From Macrostomum lignano (lineage: Eukaryota), in contig NIVC01002244.1 in assembly GCA_002269645.1 (NCBI GenBank), positions 124,001 to 188,000 of the forward strand: a DNA stretch of 64,000 nucleotides, in the 5' to 3' direction. The translations under genes were made by a program, and so were the position numbers. This document shows positions 56,543 through 64,000 of the stretch, piece by piece. Position 1 is the stretch's first letter, and each line of letters opens with the position of its first letter. Under the pieces are notes generated by a model. The model did no database searches and had not been told where the DNA came from. It saw nothing but the letters and a program-made list of their open reading frames with translations.

Positions 56543-59311
56543 GTGTCTGTTAAACAATTGAACGGTTTCCTACACTAATATGCAGTATCGTTAAAACGTA
56601 CATTTAAACACCAACGCTTCACCGCAGCTATCATACAGCATTATAAATTAAGCAAGCAATTACGAAGCTAAATAGCTCTGCAAAAAAGCCGAACTTCCGG
56701 TGAGAATGCTGCCCGCGTCGATGAAGGGTGCTGCATGAATTCTGTGAATATCTATAAAGCCAAAACTGACACAGAAGACTTGAAGACAGGCGGAGAGAGA
56801 GAGAGACGGTGCCCAGAAAGCAGCAGAAGTGATGATGGTAATTCATATGCAGCCTCTCTAAGCTAGACATTTTGCTATTTACATGTATCAGAACAGAACT
56901 TGGTATTGAATCTAGAATTGGCCCTTACGAGATTGCATATCTGCAATCTGCATCCATAGTCATCGAAAACACCCGAAAATAGCCATGTTTAACGTGTTTA
57001 AATACAATTTCTGTACCAACTGCAGAGCTATGCAGAGACCGTTAGGGTCGGTCCTTATATTCCGTATACATTGCGGATGTCTAAGGAATAATTGGAGACT
57101 AGCAGAAGTCATCAATATGAGTTTGCAGTGCAGTAGGCGCAGACTGTTGCACTCCTACTACAGAAGCCACAAAGACCTTGATGACAGCTTTGCAAAGGCT
57201 TGAGTACAGGCCGCCCTAGAGGTCCGGTCCGTTTCCCCATTTAAAGGGTCCTTTTAGATCGTATGAGGGCGGGATCGGAGCGGCTGACGTGGAGAAAGAG
57301 TCTTTATTTTGGAACCAGCAGAGTCTGATAACTCAATCCACTCAGTTTCTGAGGTTGAAGTGAGGAGTTGCGTGAGCAAAACTGACAATAAATGATGTAG
57401 GGGTTTAAAACCGCTTAATTCACTACTTTGTCTTGCACTGTACCCATTCTTCTAATTCTGATGCTATTCGACTTTTCTCGAGAATGTAAGATGCGAGAGT
57501 ATCAATACTCGTGCAATTAACACCCTTAAGGGCCAAACCCCAAGACACAGTGAAGTGTACATGCCTAACGATAAATAAAGTTAGGGCCGCTGTACACTCC
57601 TGTGTGAGTGTGTGCCTGTGCGTATGACTGCGTACCGCGAATCCGCGCGCTTGTGTGCCTGGGGCCGATTTCATAAAAAAGCTACAAATGTCAAGCGTCA
57701 ACGATTTTGGTTTAAAAAACATGGGTCCTTACTCGTGTCAAAAATAACTCAATTTTATGTCTATGGTTGAGACACCATATGAAATCGATCCAGCCTTTAG
57801 ACCACAGACCATAATTTTAGGATCTGTGTTTTAGACAGACTTGCTTTAAAAACGGCCTCTGCATTTTTCTTGGACTTTAATACACAGCTTTAATAAAGCT
57901 ACAGAGGAAGTTTTACACAGAAGCATCCAGCTTAGTCCATGTCTATGGACGAAACCCCCAAAGAAGCGCTTGTAATTTGTCAAATTTCGCTTGTCACTTG
58001 TCACTTGTCCGACAAGTGCTTTATGAAATAAGCCCCTGCTCAGGGGAGTCGGCGGAATGGGGAATGTCGTCAGGGTGCACACAGCCCCGCCTCTAACAAA
58101 AAAGCGATCTAGCTTTGAGCATACGCCAAATATATGTATACCTGCTCATTGTCTGAAATTTAACTAAACTAACTAGTTGGTAAGTAAGCACGCGGATATC
58201 AGATAGGTTCCATTCACCTCAGACTGGATCGAGTCCACGCCAGTCGTCACCAGGGACACGCTGCCATAGGAGCGCTTCACGCCGCTCTCCAGTTCCCTTT
58301 GAGCCGATTGATTGATGGAGGGCATGACTGCAGTCACCACTCCCACAGCCGAGCAGAAGATAATGATCAAGCAGAGTAGAACGCAGTACTGCGGGTGGTT
58401 AAGGGTGGGATTGAGTATCTGGGGATGGGATTGTGTCTGGGGATGGGATTGAGGACCTGAGGGTGGGATTGAGTGTCTGAGGGTGGGATTGAGTATCTGG
58501 CGGTGGGATTGAGTGTCTGGGGATGGGATTGAGGACCTGATGGTGGGATTGAGTATCTGGCGGTGGGATTGAGTGTCTGGGGATGGGATTGAGGACCTGG
58601 CGGTGGGATTGAGTGTCTTGGGATGGGATTAAGTGTCTGAGGGTGGGATTGGATTGAGTGTCCGAGGGTGGCATTGAGTGTCCGAGGGTGGCATTGAGTG
58701 TCTGAGGGTGGCATTGAGTGTCTGAGGGTGGCATTGAGTGTCCGAGGGTGGCATTGAGTGTCTGAGGGTGGCATTGAGTGTCCGAGGGTGGCATTGAGTG
58801 TCCGAGGGTGGCATTGAGTGTCTGAGGGTGGCATTGAGTGTCCGAGGGTGGCATTGAGTGTCCGAGGGTGGCATTGAGTGTCCGAGGGTGGCATTGAGTG
58901 TCTGAGGGTGGCATTGAGTGTCTGAGGGTGGCATTGAGTGTCCGAGGGTGGCATTGAGTGTCTGAGGGTGGGACTGATTTTAGCTTAACTTGTATAGCTG
59001 GGGTGCACGGTTTGTCTCCAGGTGGGTTTCCAGCTCACCAGAATCAAGGTGCAGCGGCTCTTGAGCACCATCCCGGCGCAAGCGCAGAAGGCGGCCACCA
59101 CCATGATGGATCCCACTGAGATGAGAGTGACACGGAGCACGAGGAACTCTTCATCAAGGGTCTGCTTGATCTCCTTTACGGCAGCCTGATCATCGAACAG
59201 GCAGAAGTAGATGCCGACCCCGATCAAGACGTCGCCAATGATAAGGAAAATTGCGTTGGTAATCAAAATGAAGATCCTCAAGCAGCTTTGACAACACTTG
59301 CTGACGGCCAT
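53810..59311 (-). CDS. Tetraspanin, 257 aa, 5 exons (59039-59311, 58218-58388, 54811-54990, 54442-54516, 53810-53884)
   Basis: Four TM segments. LEL with MRCCG, CPSSCC and a final SCT cysteine. All introns phase 0 with GT-AG (the exon 3 donor GTCTGG is weak). Stop TGA at 53810-53812. Confidence 0.88.
53988..54324. mobile_element. hAT-like MITE (337 bp) spanning most of tetraspanin intron 4
   Basis: 14-bp TIRs CAGGGGCGTCGCCA / TGGTGACGCCCCTG (13/14 match). Flanks AATTCAGA / GTTTCAGA (6/8, a decayed 8-bp TSD). Confidence 0.65.
55025..55220. repeat. ~25-bp degenerate minisatellite (AAAATGAGTGTCTGCGGCGCC-like)
   Basis: Tandem variants; related in reverse complement to 54105-54165 inside the MITE. 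Confidence 0.7.
55462..56680 (-). repeat. Inverted copy of the microsatellite-bearing element: (GTCTGTCTTAGT)n plus 130-bp head
   Basis: 12-bp array at 55462-56460, (GTCT)n to 56545, then the head sequence inverted relative to 44506-44640. Confidence 0.88.
58405..58972. repeat. 20-bp minisatellite (GAGGGTGGCATTGAGTGTCT)n with diverged flank
   Basis: Seen directly; in tetraspanin intron 1. Confidence 0.95.
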
Positions 59312-59364
59312 GCTCGGTCCAACACGGGGTCTGCCGGGTCTTCAGAATAAGATTTATAATCTAT

Positions 59365-60648
59365 GAAAGTATGATTTATTGATCTGGGATGATTGCTCAT
59401 AATGACTCTCTATGATTTATTGATCTGGGATGATTGCTCATAATGACTCTATGATTTATTGATCTGGGATGATTGCTCATAATGACTCTCTATGATTTAT
59501 TGATCTGGGATGATTGCTCATAATGACTCTCTATGATTTATTGATCTGGGATGATTGCTCATAATGACTCTCTATGATTTATTGATCTGGGATGATTGCT
59601 CATGATGACTCTCTATGATTTATTGATCTGGGATGATTGCTCATAATGACTCTCTATGATTTATTGATCTGGGATGATTGCTCATAATGACTCTCTATGA
59701 TTTATTGATCAGGAATGATTGCTCATAATGACTCTCTATGATTTATTGATCTGGGATGATTGCTCATAATGACTCTCTATGATTTATTGATCTGGGATGA
59801 TTGCTCATGATGACTCTCTATGATTTATTGATCTGGGATGATTGCTCATGATGACTCTCTATGATTTATTGACCTGGGATGATTGCTCATGATGACTCTC
59901 TATGATTTATTGACCTGGGATGATTGCTCATGATGACTCTATGATTTATTGATCTGGGATGATTGCTCATGATGACTCTTTATGATTTATTGATCTGGGA
60001 TGATTGCTCATGATGACTCTCTATGATTTATTGATCTGGGATGATTGCTCATGATGACTCTCTATGATTTATTGATCAGGGATGATTGCTCATGATGACT
60101 CTCTATGATATATTGATCTGGGATGATTGCTCATGATGACTCTCTATGATTTATTGATCTGGGATGATTGCTCATGATGACTCTCTATGATTTATTGATC
60201 TGGGATGATTGCTCATGATGACTCTCTATGATTTATTGATCTGGGATGATTGCTCATGATGACTCTCTATGATTTATTGATCTGGGATGATTGCTCATGA
60301 TGACTCTCTATGATTTATTGATCTGGGATGATTGCTCATGATGACTCTATGATTTATTGATCTGGGATGATTGCTCATGATGACTCTTTATGATTTATTG
60401 ATCTGGGATGATTGCTCATGATGACTCTCTATGATTTATTGATCTGGGATGATTGCTCATGATGACTCTCTATGATTTATTGATCAGGGATGATTGCTCA
60501 TGATGACTCTCTATGATATATTGATCTGGGATGATTGCTCATGATGACTCTATGATTTATTGATCAGGGATGATTGCTCATGATGACTCTATGATTTATT
60601 GATCAGGGATGATTGCTCATGATGACTCTCTATGATTTATTGATCTGG
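59365..60648. repeat. 41-bp minisatellite (TCTATGATTTATTGATCTGGGATGATTGCTCATGATGACTC)n
   Basis: About 31 copies including 39-bp variants. Confidence 0.97.
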
Positions 60649-61269
60649 GAGATTTCTCATGAATCTATATGATTTATTGAACTATCAAAATCACTATTGA
60701 CTATGATTTTTTGATCTGGCAAAACTGAATTACTAAAAACCGACTCACCGTTGCTAATTAAACTAATTAAATTCGAAAAAATATTCGACACGCACTCGAA
60801 TTTTACAAAAATCTGGCCTAAGATAATGTAGCAATTTAAATCGGTGCCATTGATATTAGTAGGAGAGATAACGACTTATTTAGTAAAGCCGGAAATATTT
60901 TCACTTTGCAGCAAATTAGCAGAGGAAAATATGGATGTTATATTAGCGACTTCTTAAAGCAGTATTTTGAAATAAATAATTTAAACACTATTGAATACCA
61001 TATGATTATTTTTGCAGTAATGTACAAGCGAAGGCAGTCGGTAATGTGACTAATAATAAATTATTTTATTTGACAATATTCGATATAATAATAATAAATT
61101 GCATCTTTTATGTTTCTCCTAATTAGTGCTAGTTTAATACGCTCGTAACAAAGATTGAGTTAAAATACAGTATAATTTATATCAGTCAATTTACAGTTAA
61201 AACAACTAGTCAGTTAAAGTAAAGCTAAAAAATTCATACTACAGAACTGTAATGATGGACGGCTGAACT

Positions 61270-62325
61270 GCAACTCTATCTACAGAACCGTAATCATCAA
61301 TTACAGAACTGTAATAATCAACTACAGAACTGTAATAATCAACTACAGAACTGTAATAATCAACTACAGAACTGTAATAATCAACTACAGAACTGTAATG
61401 ATCAACTACAGAACTGTAATAATCAACTACAGAACTGTAATGATCAACTACAGAACTGTAATAATCAACTACAGAACTGTAATGATCAACTACAGAACTG
61501 TAATAATCAACTACAGAACTGTAATAATCAACTACAGAACTGTAATGATCAACTACAGAACTGTAATAATCAACTACAGAACTGTAATAATCAACTACAG
61601 AACTGTAATAATCAACTACAGAACTGTAATAATCAACTACAGAACTGTAATGATCAACTACAGAACTGTAATAATCAACTACAGAACTGTAATAATCAAC
61701 TACAGAACTGTAATAATCAACTACAGAACTGTAATAATCAACTACAGAACTGTAATGATCAACTACAGAACTGTAATAATCAACTACAGAACTGTAATAA
61801 TCAACTACAGAACTGTAATAATCAACTACAGAACTGTAATAATCAACTACAGAACTGTAATGATCAACTACAGAACTGTAATAATCAACTACAGAACTGT
61901 AATAATCAACTACAGAACTGTAATGATCAACTACAGAACTGTAATAATCAACTGCAGAACTGTAATGATCAACTACAGAACTGTAATAATCAACTACAGA
62001 ACTGTAATGATCAACTACAGAACTGTAATAATCAACTACAGAACTGTAATAATCAACTACAGAACTGTAATGATCAACTACAGAACTGTAATAATCAACT
62101 ACAGAACTGTAATAATCAACTACAGAACTGTAATAATCAACTACAGAACTGTAATAATCAACTACAGAACTGTAATGATCAACTACAGAACTGTAATAAT
62201 CAACTACAGAACTGTAATAATCAACTACAGAACTGTAATAATCAACTACAGAACTGTAATAATCAACTACAGAACTGTAATAATCAACTACAGAACTGTA
62301 ATGATTATCAACTACAGAACTGTAA
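61270..62325. repeat. 21-bp minisatellite (AACTACAGAACTGTAATAATC)n
   Basis: About 50 copies. Confidence 0.97.
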
Positions 62326-62894
62326 CAAATGACAACATATCTGCAAAATTCAAATACGATGTAGCAAAGGACAATAAAAATTATGAAAAACTTTAAACTA
62401 CAGTGTAATAAAGTACAAATAAACGGCATCTAATTATACAAATAAGCAATCGTACTGCGCACACATGTTTTACACAGCTAGCAAAAATGCAAATTAAAAT
62501 CGGATGCACTGACGTAATAAATGAACTAGCAACACGCGGAAGTAAAAACTCAAAACATAATGCCGCAAATAAATAATTCTAATTGATTAATTAGTCCAAA
62601 TTAATTAAAAAACCCCGAGAAATTCAAATGAACCCAGCATAATTTAGAATTTTATTAGCTAATTAAATAGACAAAAGGAGGGGAATGAATATCAGAACGA
62701 GCACTTTATTATGAAATTTTATGTACAATACATTAATGAGCATCTCAAATGACTGATGAAACTTTTAATTGCCACCGCAATGTGCCACTAATATCCGAAA
62801 CCTTAGTAATCGTAGTAGCAAGCTACAAAATTAAAATTAGGACGAATTAAGAAATTACTAAATTTCCATGTTGCTGAAAAAGTCAGTTAGCCTA

Positions 62895-63180
62895 TATGTA
62901 TCGAAAGTATACTTTCCCTTGCTTTTTAGCTGTGAGCCGATATGTATCGAAAGTATACTTTCCCCTGCTTTCTAGCGGCGAGCCGATATGTATCGAAAGT
63001 ACACTTTCCTTACTTTCTAGCAAGGAGCCGATATGTATCGAAAGTATACTTTCCCCTGCTTTCTAGCGGTGAGCCGATATGTATCGAAAGTACACTTTCC
63101 TTACTTTCTAGCAAGGAGCCGATATGTATCTAAAGAACACTTTCCTGCTTTCTAGCGGTGAGCCGATATGTATCGAAAAT
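62895..63180. repeat. 46-bp minisatellite (GAGCCGATATGTATCGAAAGTATACTTTCCCCTGCTTTCTAGCGGT)n
   Basis: About 6 copies. Confidence 0.92.
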
Positions 63181-63215
63181 CGACTGTTAGAAACATGTAA
63201 GCCCGTATGTTCATA

Positions 63216-63609
63216 TTATTGGCAATTCTCTTTGCCGCTGCTAGAATCAGCTACGGTAGCCGCCTCCCCACAGCTGCCCTGCTGTTCCCCGGCCTCTCCA
63301 TTCCCAGCATCCATCTTATCGATATCGTCCTTGCTGTGGTCCAGGCACAGCAGGGAGCCGCCATCCTCCCCATCACCGTCAGTGCCATCGTCAGCGCTTT
63401 GAACGAACCGACCATGGGCGTGCTGGTCGCAATAGGAGGCGGTGCAAGCCGAGCAGAGCCGACTCGAGGGGCCGCCGCAGTCGTCGCAGTGATGCCAGGG
63501 ACAGATCCAGCGGCCGAATGGAGCCTTGGCCAGGCCCAGACAGTCGGCGTGGTAGGCCTTCGGACACGACTCTTTGCTGCACAGGATTAGCCGGCCTCCG
63601 TCGCCGCAT
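63216..63609 (-). CDS. Last exon of an NSD/WHSC1/MES-4-family histone H3K36 methyltransferase (PHD5-C5HCH module); rest of the gene lies beyond the window
   Basis: CGDGGRLILCSKESCPKAYHADCLGLAKAPFGRWICPWHHCDDCGGPSSRLCSACTASYCDQH matches the NSD C-terminal PHD plus C5HCH pattern. Polypyrimidine acceptor ends at 63610. Confidence 0.88.
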
Positions 63610-63689
63610 CTGGAAGAGATGGGATAAAGGGAGAGAGGAGAGGCGACTAATAGGTACTGTACAAAGCCTGTCATATAAAACTACAGAAC

Positions 63690-63890
63690 CAGTCAGGGGC
63701 GGAGAGATAATTTACAGAACCTGTCGGGGGGGGGCGGAAAGATAATCTACAGAAACTGTCAGGGGGGCGGAAAGATAATCTACAGAACCTGTCAGGGGGG
63801 GCGGAAAGATAATTTACAGAACCTGTCAAGGGGGAGATACTGTACAGAAACTTACAGAAAGTGTCGGGGGGAAACTACACAGAAACAGTC
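63690..63890. repeat. ~33-bp minisatellite (GTCAGGGGGGCGGAAAGATAATTTACAGAACCT)n
   Basis: About 5-6 degenerate copies. Confidence 0.85.
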
Positions 63891-64000
63891 AAAGTCGAAA
63901 TGCGGGTCGGTGTCGTACATAAACTGTCAGACAGTCAGACAAAGGTCACCCAAGACTTGGGACTCGAACCTGAAGCACTCGTTTTCGTGAGCCAGCCGAA

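Noticed and set aside
58367-58954. Pro/His-rich repeat ORFs
   Set aside because: Translation of the 20-bp minisatellite inside tetraspanin intron 1.
61239-62429. 396-aa YYSSVVD and 332-aa INYRTVI ORFs
   Set aside because: Artefacts of a 21-bp tandem repeat open in both orientations.

Overview
Eukaryotic (metazoan, probably invertebrate) genomic DNA with GT-AG introns. Roughly a quarter of the window is micro/minisatellite; that load resembles free-living flatworm assemblies such as Macrostomum, but the species cannot be established from the sequence. The dominant feature is a ~27.4 kb, ~40-exon gene (10077-37510, +) encoding a giant full-length ABCA-subfamily lipid exporter of roughly 5200+ aa. 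Its first extracellular domain is expanded to about 3700 aa and contains about 15 copies of a C-x(20-40)-LC module. The window also holds: two convergent IAP-like genes (degenerate BIR plus C-terminal RING), an uncharacterised secreted-type ORF, a complete 5-exon tetraspanin, the last exon of an NSD/MES-4-type methyltransferase gene, a 2.6 kb non-autonomous hAT element with a perfect 8-bp TSD and a stuttered interior, a small hAT-like MITE, an RTE LINE remnant, tRNA-derived SINEs and a 497-N gap. Apparent 1-nt frameshifts in homopolymer runs suggest long-read assembly errors. All exon coordinates and counts were made by hand.
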